In this document: positions 1 through 13,600 of the stretch, one piece after another
Position numbering within the stretch: position 1 is the first letter of the stretch
Layout: every line of letters starts with the position of its first letter
Assembly (NCBI GenBank): GCA_030704615.1
Contig: CM060734.1
Coordinates: 49,724,001 to 49,788,000, forward strand
Source: Takakia lepidozioides
Lineage: Eukaryota; Plantae; Bryophyta
DNA: 64,000 nt
Reading direction: 5' to 3'
Notes under the pieces: generated by a model
The model's input: only the letters and a program-made list of their open reading frames with translations
What the model was told of the DNA's origin: nothing
Databases searched by the model: none
Made by a program: the position numbers and the translations under genes

Positions 1-248
1 ATATGCATGACTAGTATGATGAAGTCTCTGGGATTTGAGATAAGCATCACTTTTTGCACCACTCTTGGACCTTGCTTTAGTCTTATATGGACGACCTATC
101 ACCAATGCCATCGGAATCTCCTTTAGGCATTGACATTCATGTTGAGCGCAAATTAGTAACTACTCACCACTAGGGTACCGCTTGTGTTTTTTTGGTGTCC
201 GTTGATAGGGCCCACCCTCGAAAGGGGGCACTAGCCTCAAGGCATATA

Positions 249-453
249 TTCCAAGCGGTTTGTGGGTATGGACATCCATACAATTTCAATTTGATACTAT
301 GTGCGGAAACATCAACGCAACATTGGAAGGAAAGTTGTAGATTTAAACGTATACAAATCTAAAGATCCCAACAACTATATTATATGGGATGGAATACACT
401 TTACATAGGCATTTTACAAGATTATAGCAAAGTCGTATTTTACATATTACTAG
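249..453 (+). pseudogene. GDSL esterase/lipase C-terminal remnant
   Basis: Manual translation gives FQAVCGYGHPYNFN (249-290), then after a frameshift KDPNNYIIWDGIHFT*AFYKIIAK (361-432). This matches the GDSL block V motif WDGxHxT, with an in-frame TAG. Confidence 0.6.
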
Positions 454-1240
454 GGTAGCCTGTGCCGTTGGCCCAAGTGTCCAATGTCATCTAAGTCCAA
501 GTGCATCAATATATCCACCGTCACTCGCTTACCAAATTGCTTGCCTCTTAGAGAACAAACAGATCACAATGCACTAGTGTATTTTATTGCACAATTTCAA
601 ACACAATTGGGAATCTACAGCCTAGGACGAAAACTGATCCATCCTCAGTTCATGAGTGCTACATATGACATTCCTTTGGCAAGATATTCTCCGTTCAACT
701 TGCATTCTGTCATGAAATTGGTGGGCGGCTCTAAATATTCTCATGTTAAAAACGACTTTGCTATCAATACATGAAGCGAGACGTTTGTTTTGTTTTGTTT
801 TGTTTTGTAGCGTCGTTGAGATCTCCCAAACCGCGAGGCCCTAGCGCGGGTGCTTGGTGCCGTTGGAGAGCCCTCGACGAGGAGGGGTGCACCGGCTTGG
901 TCTCATGATTTTTGGACAAGCGGTGAGGGAGATGTGGAATTCCAAGTACTTCGGGTCGCTGGAAATTCACAAAAAATAGAAAAAATGGCAAAGCGGGCAT
1001 TCCTTGGACAATGGTTGGAGCCTCGACCGGAGAGATATCAAGGGAAAGATCTCCGGTTCAAATCTGGTCGTAGGCTCTGTGGAAAAAAACTTACTTAGAT
1101 GGCATTGGACACTTGGGCCAATGGCAAAGGCTATCCTAGAGGTTGCATTTGGGCCTCGATATAGGAAATGCACTTTGATACATAGGGGATTGCACTTGGA
1201 CTTAGATGACAGACACTTGGGCCAACGGCACAAGCTACCC
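453..1240. mobile_element. Non-autonomous TIR element (MITE-like)
   Basis: ~55-bp inverted repeats (GGGTAGCCTGTGCCGTTGGCCCAAGTGTC... at 453 versus ...GACACTTGGGCCAACGGCACAAGCTACCC ending 1240), flanked by TA on both sides. A further degenerate TIR copy lies at ~1094-1139. Confidence 0.55.
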
Positions 1241-1907
1241 TACAGCACTTGGAGATATCAAGGGAAAGGTCTCCGATTCAAATCTGGTCGTAGGCTCTAT
1301 GGAAAAAAAAATGATTCGATATGGTCTCTCGAGGGCTTAGCAAACATATTGAAAACATTTGATATCATATACTTACAAACAAGATGAAATGTTCTTTGGC
1401 AAGTCTTCACTTTTATTTGGACATCATTTGCAAAAGTAACAGTCATGGCTGCTGCAGCCTTGTGTTGCTTTGGTCCATTAAAGAATGTTTATCCTTTCTA
1501 TATCCTCTTATTGTGTTCTAATTTGCTTGTCCCTTTAATTCTTTACATAGGGATTTACCACAAGCACTTAGTTTGAGGAATTTGTCTCATTGTAAGGGCA
1601 AGTGTGGTATTCATCACCGCTCACTCCTTTCAGTTGCAATTCAGCCTTTCTCTTCAAAAATCTCTGCAGGACTTCTCCTGTCCTTTGAGCTAGATAAGTA
1701 GCATTCAAGCCCACTTCCATATCCTTGTGGAACAATAAGCATTTCAATACTTCAGTGGATGGATAAGGGCAGTCGGGTCCTTCCGTAGCACGACAGGCGC
1801 CTTCATGAACAATGTGGGTCCAGTCGGCTTAGCCATTTGTAAATATATTTGCCCACACTAGCAAACTCTAAAGTGGCTCTTAATAGTCATGCCGGCTTTG
1901 GCCGGAG

Positions 1908-1941
<34 letters not shown>

Positions 1942-2501
1942 GAATTCCCACGTTTTGTTGCGAGTTCTAGAATCCATCTCCTACTGCATTGTCATCCGTC
2001 AACCACTAATGTGAGAAGCCATTTTGATAGAGGTTGATTCAAAAGGCAACTCCACAACATTAACATAGTTATGAAACCGTAGTCATGAAACTGAGGGCTT
2101 TATTTGATTTGTTGAGACTTTATTGGCTCTTGAGTAGAGACCAATTCTGGAAAGTCTCTTGATAACTTAGGTGTAATGATAATAGCTGTAAGGGAACGAA
2201 TTGGGATGAGGTGGATTTATTTGAAGCATTTGTGAATGGAGGCGTGTTGAATTATTGTGTAGGGCGTGAATGCTGTCATTATGGATGCCTGCTCGGATGA
2301 CGGTGAGTGGCCCAGTCGACCACCTCCTGCGTCCGATAGTGTCCACCTCCTGCGTCCGATAGCAAGGATTAGTGGAGCATTTTTTTTTCTGTCTTTGGAG
2401 GATGGATGCACTGGGATATTGATTGTGACAAAATGTAAACTCAATGAAGTGGATGGTGAGGTTGGGGGAGAGAGTAGTAGGTTGGGGGGGCAGAACTCGT
2501 C

Positions 2502-2745
2502 AACCTTCCAAAGGGTAAGAGACCACCTTCACCGAAATGGGTATTCAAGAGCAAAGCCCATGGAACCCCATAGAAATTGAAAGCCTGACTTGTTGCTTGA
2601 GGATATGAATAGAGAGTAGACATTGACTTTAAAGATACTTTTGCTCCAGTGGTAAAGTGGTCAACAATTCGATCAGTATTGGCATTGGCTGCCCAAAATG
2701 GTTGGTCTATTTTTCACATGGATGTGAAAATGACATTCTTGAGGG
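2502..2745 (+). mobile_element. Ty1/copia reverse transcriptase fragment (degenerate)
   Basis: Translates to NLPKGKRP..KWVFKSK..KLKA*LVA*G..DFKDTFAPVVKWSTIRSVLALAAQNGWSIFHMDVKMTFL, the canonical copia RT N-terminal motifs, with stops. Confidence 0.85.
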
Positions 2746-3325
2746 AATCTAGCCTAAGAAGTGTAAATGTCTCAGGCTAAAGGCTTCACTGAGTCCAACG
2801 TATGTAATTGCAATGAACTCTTTCTCATTCGCTGGGTCACTTGGTGATTCATCGAAGTGCACATATAGTCTACCTATCACAAGATGAAGGATTATGGAGC
2901 CGATAACCCTTGGTTGAAGAGTCATATCCAACCATGATACATTTTGTTGATTTAGAATCAAGCTTTTCTCTCTCTTGTTCGCATGAACGTGAGCTGCGCA
3001 CCAAATACACATATGTTGCCAAAAAAACATTTTCGTGTGCATGAGCCTCTACAGATTGGCCTAGCCAGTATCACAGTACTCACAAAAATGCAAAAAACCT
3101 GGCCTGGACGCCTTCTGCTGAGCCTAACAAGGCCCTAGAAGGTGCAGTATGTCTAGATCCAGAACAGCGCATGGGTTTATAAGCACGCCACATTAGAACT
3201 AGTCCCTGTAGAACTTCCATTCAAGACAGGTAGCTAACTTTGCGCCTATATATGTTTACGTACAACTATCCAGAGGGATTCAATTTGAACACTGTGGATT
3301 TTTAACAGACAATTGGCCCACGAAA

Positions 3326-4292
3326 CTAACTGTAGCGACTGTTGGCCAGTCTCTCCAGCTCCTGCACATAAAGGTTTGTCCCATTCATGATGAAGGGAAC
3401 GAATACATCAGCTTTTGGCTGTGACGGGCTAAACCGGAACGCCCACCTCACAAAGGTTTTCCCCTCCGCTTCCTCAGTTGCCTGCAGGAACAACATAACA
3501 TGTAAGAACCCTGAATGCAATCATCCGATGCAGCTCTCGACATGAAATGAATTTGAGCTATGGTTATCGAAACATTCACTTCCATAGGGACCACGAATCC
3601 CGTCAATCTGTCTGACACACAACCGGCTCAGACGCCGACAGTATCGGGATAGAATGAACTCCTAGAGACGAAATCACGATTATCTCACTTGCCTCCCTAC
3701 CAGGCTTCTCTTGCTCTTCAGACACAGACTTCGCTACTTGAGAGTCTGGCATCCAATCGTGGCTCTAAAGGTTGGACCTGCGCTAGCGGGAGGACGACAA
3801 TCTGCAACTCTCTTAATGCAGCATAAAATGACAAGCCAAAGCACATCATTACATGGTGGCTTCATGGATCGAATCAACGATGTCTTTTCGTAGTAGGATG
3901 CCAATGGAAACAATGGACTGCGGGTACATAAATTGACAGCATTTAAATCAACTGAACTTTTTTTTCTACACTGGACTTACCTGAAATGTGGAATAGTATC
4001 CAGTTTCGACGCCCGTATTGCTTTCCAAGAAGACGTAGGAGAACGCGTGGTGATTGTTGTCGATTTCGACCAGTTTCTGAGTTGCCCACTGAGCACTGTT
4101 GGTGTCTGTGCGGCCTGGAATGCCTGAAACCTTCCGGATGCATCCAGCTACCCGGTTCTCCCCTTCTATGGATTCGATATGGAGCACATTGGGATACCCA
4201 AAAAAGTCAGATGCAACTTCCCACACTTTGCTCAGGGGAGCAGCAACCGACTTCTCTACTACCCCACTCCAAGTCCCATTTTCAGACGCCAT
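3326..4292 (-). CDS. SRPBCC/START-fold (polyketide cyclase 2 / lachrymatory-factor-synthase-like) protein, 155 aa; exons 4292-3981 and 3481-3326
   Basis: ATG at 4292 (MASENGTWSGVVEKSVAAPLSKVWEVASDF...GCIRKV...FSYVFLES...YYSTFQ), donor CAG|GTAAGT, 499-nt intron, acceptor TTCCTGCAG|, then exon 2 ATEEAEGKTFVRWAFRF...LERLANSRYS*. The phase-0 junction keeps the frame. Confidence 0.8.
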
Positions 4293-4815
4293 TGACGATA
4301 CCAGCGAGAGGGCTCTCGCGTGGTGGCTGGGTGCCAAATTTACTCAGATTCTGCTCCCAGACAGTGAGCGAAGCACTCATAGTGCAGATGAGAGTGGAAC
4401 CATCAAATTATACTCTCGAGTACTAACCCATTGAACAGTGATCGGTGACCGCAGTAACTACTGTAATTTCAAGCCCGTGTTCCATGTAAAAATGCAACAT
4501 CAGCTCATCAAACACTGTGATCCAAACAACCCATGATATAGCGCAGATTGGATAGCTGAGAGTGAGAGGGTGATAGATTTTGCCGTACATACAAAGTTCT
4601 AACTAGCGTCACGTACGCCGGGAATCCTGCTGACTGCCCTCAGCGCTGGTCGGATTGGTCACTCCAATTGGTCACTACCACATGCGCAAAAGAACCCTCA
4701 CTGCACTCCAAAAAAGCTCAGTACAGACTCCATTCTTTAATCTTGTAACGGTTCATGGGCCTGGCCACTGTGGGTTCCTGTGCACAGCACGGCTCCTTTC
4801 TCTGACTACTGCGTC

Positions 4816-6100
4816 CTATTGGCCCCAGCTTCCGCCTGCCCTTTCCCAAGATTGTAGTCTCTCATCATATTTCTCCACTTTCCAACTTTGCCGACTGCAC
4901 CTACATAATCTTGAAATTATCATGGTTCGCACACTCACGACGACATTAAATGTCCATCTGCTCATGGAAGCTGAGGAGTCATCCATCGCAGTCATGAACA
5001 TTTCCAGCTCACAAGGTATATCGAGACTTGAATGGGAGACCAGGCAAGGCCCACCTCCATGCAGACATCAACCTGCTGGTCGGCGCTCAGGGCCGGCAGT
5101 GCAGTAGCCTTCAGCTCTTGGGAAACTGTGATTCTGCCACCCATCACTTACATTTGCAGGTGCTGCTTGCCATCTATCTCCCTAGCCGTCTCATGTGCAT
5201 GTGTAGATTCAACAACAATCTGTGATGAAATGAATCCAATGTAAAAACATATGCAGAAATCTTGGCTCTCAGTCCACCTTTCTGAACACCGCCAACCTAC
5301 ACCTGCAGGCCTTATTATGTAGTCCACCAATTTTCAGAACCTTTCGTACGTACCGTTTTGCAAGGGGGATCCATCATCCAACCCATAACCCCTTTGAACT
5401 CAGGGTGGCCCATGGCAGGCAACCGCAGCATTTGTAGTAGGCCGTGTGGGGCGGGACCCGTATCAACCCCCCCTTTGGTCGGGTCGCAGGACGGGCCCCC
5501 CCTGCCAGGGTGGGCAAGAAGCCAGCCACTCTCGAGCAGTGGGCGCAGGATCTCTGGATGCTACTCCGATGCAAGAAAGCCTGGAGACCAAAGAGAAGAA
5601 GCCCCACACCTGCTGCCAATCTGCATAAAAAGGTGTGATCGAATGTGGGCTACCCAAAACACGACATTGCATCCAAACAACTGCAGATATGTAAGATTGC
5701 ATATCCAATGGTCGATTTCTAAGGCAATGCAATGATGGCGTGCCGGTTTGTGGAGGCTACGCTACGTCCAAAGTTACATATTCTTCATAGAACTCGTACT
5801 CTCTGGCCGAGAGCAACTTGCATAATCCCAAAACCTGCCTGATATCCAATGAATGTCTGCTTGCGAACCTTCGGTGAAATCTTTCACTCATTCTTCTGCA
5901 AGTTCGGGTAATGGACCCTTCGTGAAGTGAAAGTAATATCGGCTGGGTCCAACGGCAGTGATCAAGCCCCCAGGGCGGGTCCTCAGATCGTGGAAACTTC
6001 TCCGGGCAAGTGCTTTACACCATTTATATAGGAGAAGTGGGGTGACAGGACACAGTTCCCGATTGAGATGTGGGGGCAATCCCTCACTGCAGGCGGCGGC
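4816..6100 (-). pseudogene. Possible F-box/kelch-type pseudogene remnant
   Basis: Scattered fragments in different frames: PPHLNRELCPV..KWCKALARRSFHDLRTRPG (F-box-like tail), LAAGVGLLLF, M*VMGGR and KVEKYD..SW. Many stops; apparently interrupted by a GC-rich insert at ~5350-5545. Confidence 0.3.
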
Positions 6101-8189
6101 GCATGTCCTGCAGCGACGTCGCCACCCTTGCTATTCTGTCCTATGTTATCAACTGAGATGTTCTTTTTGCAGAGCAAGAGTTGCAGAAGCAAGAATGTGT
6201 GACCATTACGTCTCAAGCTTGCGTTCATGAAGCACAGTTCATAACGAATATCCTCACTTTTGGTCCATAATGAAATGATCAGAATATGACACAGTTTTTT
6301 ATAAGATCCTTGTCCCAAAAAATACTGAATAAAGGGTCACCCAGTTGCAGTCCAGTTGTACTGCATGCTATATAATAAGTTAGTAAACTCAGGATGGTTC
6401 TCCCACTGGTACAGTGAACGAAGCAGGCCGAAACCCAAGATTGGTGCAATGATTTTGATACGCTTCGCGCTGAGTGTGCAGGGACCACTCGTCGGAACCG
6501 ACACTCGAGCCGCCCCCTCGCATGATAGCTTGAACCTCTGATTTGTCGGAACAACCGTTACAAAACAGCTGTGGAGGTTTACGTATGTGTTTCCTATAGT
6601 TGGGAGATACGTGAGCTTGCTTGCAGGAGGTGAAAACTCAGTACGAATACAGAATAATCTGTTTCAATGTTCAGTTCCAGGAGAGTTCTAGCGATCTACA
6701 CAATGCATGCCCTGGACATGGCCCCACTGCAAATCGAATGGAAGAACTTTGATGTAACTTTTGCACATGACCCAATGACCTTGAAGAGTGACATTCAAGG
6801 TCTTCTTGCAAGTTCGAATCGAATTTTCCAGTCGCAACGTAGTGGGTCCTTTGAGCGAGGACGGGAGAAGTCAAACTATCCCACGATTGAAGTGATTTGG
6901 CACGGGACCACACTGAGATTTCGGAAGGATAACATCCTTTGGTGGACGAGCAGGAGACAACTTGAAGAGTGTACGCATGAAACGTAGGCCAAGAGAGAGA
7001 CACAAGACGCAGGTAATCTGTTAGGATCAGCTGGGCAGCATTCATTGCACAGCTACTGAAGTGTGCTACGGACCTACTGATTATTGTGGTAGGGTTGATA
7101 TTTGAATGGCGGCCCACTTCTTTTGACAGACAGAATGTAAGGTTATGCTTCCACCGAAAATGTTACCATGTCTTTGGGCGGCTACTTCCGGATGCTGGGA
7201 CAGCACGCTGCAGAATCTCTCGCATGAGCCGGTGTCTCTCTACAAGGAGATTTGAGGGGAAATCAGAGGTTCAAATTCAAATGTATGATGCTAAGGCTGA
7301 ATCCAGCCCAGTACAATTCAAAGATGCCCTCATGTTGGTTGTGTCCTACATGGGCCAGAAGAAAGAGATGTGGCAAGAGCTTCTACGCACTTGGCAGGTA
7401 TGGTCTATGAAGTCTTGTTTGCTCTAGCATTGGAAGATCAGGGTGACTCTATAGGGCTTATGTGATATACATGACCAGTTATGCCATTTCACATACAGTG
7501 GTAGCTTCGAAGGACCATAACATGTCGCCCTTCTCCTGCAAGACTATTTCTAAAATCCTCTTTTATGAAGGGTGGTTGAACCCACTGTGTTTTTTGCAGG
7601 TTGATTTTCAGATTAATAGTAGGTTCATGGATACTACCTATAGCCTTGCCGATCTTCTTGCAAAGTTTTTTTGGTCTAAGTTAATTGGCAGGGATAAGGA
7701 TACACCGGAAAATCTTTAAATGTTATGCATGCAGAGTAAGTAAAACACATTTATAGATATATAACAACTAACCATAACGGAGGGCATAATATCCTACAAT
7801 ATCAATTATAAAAGTACATATAAACGAGATCAACTAGATGGAAAATAATATTTACTCATTGATTACAATTAAAATAAGCAAAAAGGTCCATTTGTTGAGA
7901 ATAGGATGTCCCGACGATGATCATACAACACTTTTTCAATTGACAACCATTTTGAGAGCAAAGGATTAGTGTCTTGAAGTTGTTGTTCACTGTATAGCTG
8001 GAGTATGTAGCGTGACATTAACTTCTGAAAATAACGCTGTGGGCTCTTGTGGAATCAAAATTTCCTCTTTGTCGTGCTCCTTGACTTCTTCCGCTGGACT
8101 AATCATGTCCTAAACTCATCCTCCTTTAGTTGAGATAAATAAAACTGGGACTCAAAATGAACAAACTCCAAGGCATCCATGGTCAAATC

Positions 8190-9005
8190 CAGTGTTGGGC
8201 GGTTCTTGCATTTGTGAAGGAACCTTCGGTTCCGGTTCCACAATTATTTCAAGAGACGGTTTCGGATCTGGTTCCGGTTTTTTTTTATTGAGCCGGTTCC
8301 GGTCCAGTTCCGGATCCATCTTTTAAACATGGGGGCGGTTCCGGTTACCGGTTAGTTGCTGATAAAAACCATCGGTTCCGGTTAGGTTCCGGTTCTATTT
8401 TAAAAATATATTTGTTGAATTTAATTAGATTTAAAATATTTTATCAGTCCGGTAGATTAAATAGCAGTGTATTCACATATTTGAACTAAAATCCAACGAT
8501 TTTGTTAGTTCACTAACACAAAAAAACAAACAAAAATACTCTAAATAAACTGGTAGAAGAAAATGGGTAAAATTTTATGGGTTGAAAGTACTATTCAGCT
8601 ACCTGGCAAGTATTGGCATCTTCAAACATTTTATTGATGAACTTAGCCAGGATATCATGGAGCTGGAGATTGAGCCCAAGATCTCATGGCGCTGAAGCAT
8701 TGAACATAGAATCTCATGGCCTTCAAGCATTGAACCCAGGATCTCGGGCGCTTGAGAGCATTAAAGTTTTGCCATGGGCCACCGGCCCCACCAAGGGGTC
8801 AAGAACCCGAACCTGTTTTTACCCCCCCTCACCCGTTTTTCTCCGGTTCTCACACCCAGCAGGAACCGCCGGTTCGGCTCTACGCCAATCCCCATTAGCA
8901 GGTTCCGGTTCCGGGTCAGGTTTTGTAGGAATGGGCCCGGTTCCGGTTAACCTGAACATGAACCGACGGTTAACCTGGGTCCCGGCGGGTAACCGCCCAA
9001 CACTG
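8190..9005. mobile_element. hAT-type non-autonomous element (816 bp)
   Basis: Perfect 15-bp TIR CAGTGTTGGGCGGTT / AACCGCCCAACACTG, degenerate 8-bp TSD gtcaaatc / gtcgaaac (6 of 8 match), and dense subterminal CCGGTT/AACCGG motifs at both ends. Confidence 0.85.
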
Positions 9006-10112
9006 GTCGAAACCTCAACGTCAAACTGTTGCAAAAGTCCATCAATTTCATCCAACATAATGACATATAACAACTATAGAGGGTGCACTAACACGATAGA
9101 AAGTAGGATTTTCCAACATATAACACTCATTCACTCTTTTCTATTGTAATATTCTACATAGTATAAAAACAAAACAATAAAAGAGATATAACATACATGG
9201 ATGTAACATCTAAATAGGTCAACTGTGGGTGGGGCCGAACATAAAAACACGTGTGGGCACATACTTCAATTTTGGAGAGTGAAATTCTTGCTGCCCCCTC
9301 ATTGATCAAGTGACAATTTCACTAGAAAACAACGTCGATGCATATGCAGGGAAATTTTACCTCCACTAACAGCCACAAAAATGTGAAAATCCACCACATT
9401 TGCAGCCATCCAATTCCACTGTCCTTGTAGATAGAGAAAATTTGTTTGGGCGATTTCTTGATGTGTAGGTAGTGGGGATTTAACCTCACCTAGGATAAAG
9501 TGAAGATTACATATGCACATAGTACCCACAAATGGAAGAGGTCTTATTTACGCTAACTTCGGTTTCAGTTGGTAATTTCTCTACACATAGTTAGCAATCC
9601 ATTTTAAAGTCATTTGGCCTTGTCTCATGGGTTTGCACTAGATATAGGGTTGGAATTGAATGCACTAGCCTTACTCGGACCCTCTCCCACAAGCCTATGG
9701 CCAGTAGGCTCGCTCGGGCGCATTCAACTCCCATCCTAAGTCTAGTGTCCTCCCAGCTGCGGCTTGAGTACCTAAACTCTAAACTTCTAAGTCTAAAAAC
9801 TCTAGAAGGTACATCTGTTTCTTGTGTTCAGGGAGTGGCTACTGCTGCCGCCTCACGTCCAAGTTGAACCCATCAGCAAGCTCACAAGATAAGCTCACAA
9901 CTCACCATCTCTCTTTGTTTTTTGTTTTCTGTGTTTATGCTTTTTTTTGCTTTTTTTTTTCTCTCTCTTTTTCTCTCTTCCCTCCTTACTAAACCGGAGA
10001 GTTGGTACCCCCCCCCCATCCCCACCCACGCAGCTCTCCCCTCATCTCAAATGCATGCCATAGGTGCTCAACGATTCATGAGACTTCTGATTATTAGGTA
10101 TACATAATTTAA

Positions 10113-10142
10113 ACTAGTCATCCACACCAGTGCTATGCGGGT
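10113..10142 (-). mobile_element. Possible Helitron 3-prime end
   Basis: The - strand reads ACCCGCATAGCACTGGT (imperfect hairpin), 8 nt, then CTAG|T, next to an AT-rich region. No 5-prime TC end was identified. Confidence 0.25.
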
Positions 10143-11857
10143 AAGTAGATTTTTGTTTATTCTCCAATTAAGGGTAAATAAAAATTAGATGATTATTTAT
10201 CCTTGGCCCCTTTCTAAGGGTACATTATTTATAGGTCCACTTATTTGTCATATGGACAAGAGTAAATGAGAATTTAATCATTTATTTATCTTCCGGGTAA
10301 GTGCCAATATATTCATAAGAGTAATTAAAGTGTAAGAATAAATGATTTTTCTCCTCTCAATATGATTTAGTAAAAAACCTCCATCCCCTTTCTTCAAAGA
10401 AATAAATGATTGTCTTTTGTGATAAGGATAAATCAAAGATATATTCAAGTATACATAGATTTTTATGTTTGAACTTTGTTATGCTCAATTTATTTTCTTT
10501 TATTTTTATTTTTTTTAAAGTGGTGTGGGTGTATTATTTCTGGGTGTAATTATAGGGCTGATTATAAGAGGTATGTAGATGCTAGTTGTTAGCAATCCAT
10601 AATGCCATGACACACCAGAATTGGACAAGTAGAGCCACCATTGAAGGTGTTTAAGGAGGAAGCAGCTCCAAAAGTTACATAAATGGTATCACCTCTGAAG
10701 GGAGCCATCTAGGACTTTAAATTTCAGCCTGTTTTGCCCTCTTATTAGACTCGTGCCTGATATGCATATTAAATTTTGTAAGTTAGCTCGTTGGTGCTAG
10801 AGAGAGTCAGCTTGGTCTTAGCAAGCCGTGAGAGCACCTTCTTCTTCAACCTATTTCAGCCTGTTTTGCCCTCTTATCAGACTCGGGCCTGATATGCATA
10901 TTGAAATTTTATTTTAAATATATTAACAAATGAAGCGACCGCCATACCGGCAGTCGCATTATATTTTGAAATAAAAAACAATAGCAAGTCCCACTACTGG
11001 AGTGTCCAAACCAAATTTTGAGTATCGTTGTGTTTGCGTTTATCTCCTAAATCTCACTGAAGATTTCACTCTAGACACGTTCTTGTTTTGAACCAAGAGC
11101 TGCTATCCAGTTTATTAACTGCCGCATACCCTATAAAGTAATGGACAAAATGGCAGTGCGATTCGACAAAATTGTATAACAGGTAACAACTTTGAAAGAT
11201 AATGCTTGGATGTTGGGGTGCAGGTGATTGAGGAAGGGGAGGGCAAAGTCCGCATACGTTGTTGGCCCTTCAAATTTGCCCATACTCAAGCTGCTCCAGA
11301 GAAGCTGGAGCCATGGATGGCTGGTCTTCAAGGCTGATTCTTGCACATGTCACAAGGCATTTGACATGCAAAAAAAGGCAAAAAAAAAGATCCGATGAGA
11401 AAGAAATGCCTGTCACAGTGAAAGTTATAAAAAAAAAAAAAATTAAAAAAAAAAAAAAAAAAAAACTGTCGGGATAGGTTCGGTTTATAGAATATTCCCA
11501 TTTTGGATTTCAAATGAGATTTTTACAATTTGTGTTGCATATAATCCCTCAAAGATTGAAGGTTCAGTGCCGAACACCAATTCATACACTAAAAATAAAT
11601 TTTTAAGGAAAAAAAAAAAAATGTGCCCGCACTGTTCGGCGCCGAACAGTGCCATAGGTTCGGAAGTGGTCCGAACTGGTTCGGCATAGGCTCAACACAG
11701 ATTTGAAAGACTATACCTCGACAAAATATTTTTCCATATAGGCTCAACACTGATTCGGAAGAATATTCTATGGATATTTGATATATTCCATGAATATTCC
11801 TTTAAGTTCGGCACTGTTCGGCAAAACCTGCTCACTGCTCATGGAAAACTCAACCTC

Positions 11858-12500
11858 TATAATTCTAAGCTCCCTGGTACGTTGGTCCAACCTCCAAACA
11901 AGTGATGATGACCAAGTGAGAGCTTTATATCCCAAGTTTATGAATTACATGGTGGACACTAGGCTTATGCATCATGATAATTCTAAGCTCCCTAGTACGC
12001 TGGTTGACAGCCGCCAAACAAGTGATGATGACCATTTGAGAGGGTGTTTTCAATACACTGGTACAATATACACTGCAGGTACATACCCCCTCACCAATCC
12101 TCACTTTGATTCAAGCATTCATAATTGTAATGTAGTTTCTCCAGGGGCTAGGATCCTCTATCATTGCTTTATACCCCAAGTTTATGAATTACATGGTGAG
12201 CACTAGGCATAATGTATAATTCTAAGCTCCCTGGTACGCTGGTCCAGCCTCCAAGCAAGTGATGATGACCATCTGAGAGGGAGTTTTCAATACGTTGGTA
12301 CAATATACACCGCAGGTACATACCCCCTCACCAATCTCCACTTTGATTTAGACATGAGCAATTGTAATGTAGTTTCTCCAGGGGCCAGGATCCTCTTAAC
12401 TTTGTAATCATTGCTTTATATCCCACGTTTATGAATTACATGGTGAACACTAGGCATAATGTATAATTCTAAGCTCTATGGTACACTGGTCCAGCCTCGA
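11858..12500 (+). repeat. Internal direct repeats in the hAT element (four copies of the ATAATTCTAAGCTC...GGTAC... block, spacing ~120-250 bp)
   Basis: The block recurs at ~11858, 11977, 12216 and 12464 with shared downstream sequence. Confidence 0.8.
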
Positions 12501-12929
12501 CCCTTCGGCCTTGCTAGCCCAACATCCAGCCTCGTTAATGGCTTCTGGAAGTAACTCAAGGGTGGGAAGACCAAGAAAAGACCCATCTCAACGATCAATA
12601 ATGTCTTTATTTGACTCACAAAGGTCGTTGTCTCCATATCACACCCCCGAGGTACCAAATCTGTATTTAAGTTACTGACATTATTTGACCTGACTTAGGC
12701 TTTGGCTTTCTTTGATGTTGTGAATTTATTGATATGCTTCGTGAGGGGTTATAACTGGGTGAATTGATGTTAGAAAATCATTGTATTGCAAATTTCATCA
12801 CGACCTTCCTCGCTCGAGGCTTTATCATAAAGCCAAATTTCCGAATCAGATGAAGATTCTCCGACTCTACAGATGTCCATCAACTTCTATCTTCTGGAGC
12901 TCGTGGTCCCCAAGGCAGGACCTATAACC

Positions 12930-13600
12930 GAAGATTCAAAGCCTCATGGAAAATTGGGAGGAAATGGCTTATGCACTTTAAACCACTAAGTGGGCCATCT
13001 ACTGATTTTATGAAATGTACTGCTTGTGAGGAGTTCTGTATCAATCCGCCATGGGGTCGTGGAGCAGGCTGTAAGAGCATGCAAAAGTCTATTGTTCGTG
13101 ATGCATCTTATGCACCACGGACGGATTTTTGATCAAGATGACACGTTGCAAGAATGCAAGGTAATGGAAGCTGAGTATGTGCAAGCGGTTGCGGATAGCT
13201 TGAATGAGAGTTTTCTTGACCTTCATGTCTTCAATGCAAAGCTCTTCAGTCCAAAGTATTATACAGATGCTCGTATCTCTATGTCCGAGCAATGGTTGGA
13301 GAGGTTGATCTTGAAATTTGGACTGACAGAGGATGAAAGTGATGCAAGCAGGGCTGAGTTGCTTGAGTTAGTGAAAACCTTGAGGCATGAGTGTGAAAAC
13401 AAATCCTTCTTTGAGGCGTGGTGATTATGTGGAGGCACCAATGAATGACATACTAACTGGCCACACCTCATGCGTCTTTGGCAAAAAACACTTGTAATTC
13501 CTACAAGTAGTGGAATTTGTGATAGGGGTTTCTCAAAAGAGAATGCTAGATCAACAGCCATTTGCAGTCTTGCTTGAAGTTGGATATTTTGGATGCTTCG
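12930..13600 (+). pseudogene. hAT transposase remnant (TTF-type zinc finger plus hAT C-terminal dimerisation domain)
   Basis: RRFKASWKIGRKWL..MKCTAC, then SFFEAW*LCG..WPHLMRLWQKTLVIPTSSGICDRGFSKEN..LKLDILDA, matching the hAT dimerisation motif PxSxxxCERxFS. Contains stops; the catalytic core is deleted. Confidence 0.8.

Noticed and set aside
6300-7720. Several 85-150-aa ORFs
   Set aside because: No recognisable motifs or consistent exon structure.
10720-10902. ~50-bp direct repeat (10720-10770 and 10854-10902)
   Set aside because: A small local duplication with no supporting element structure.
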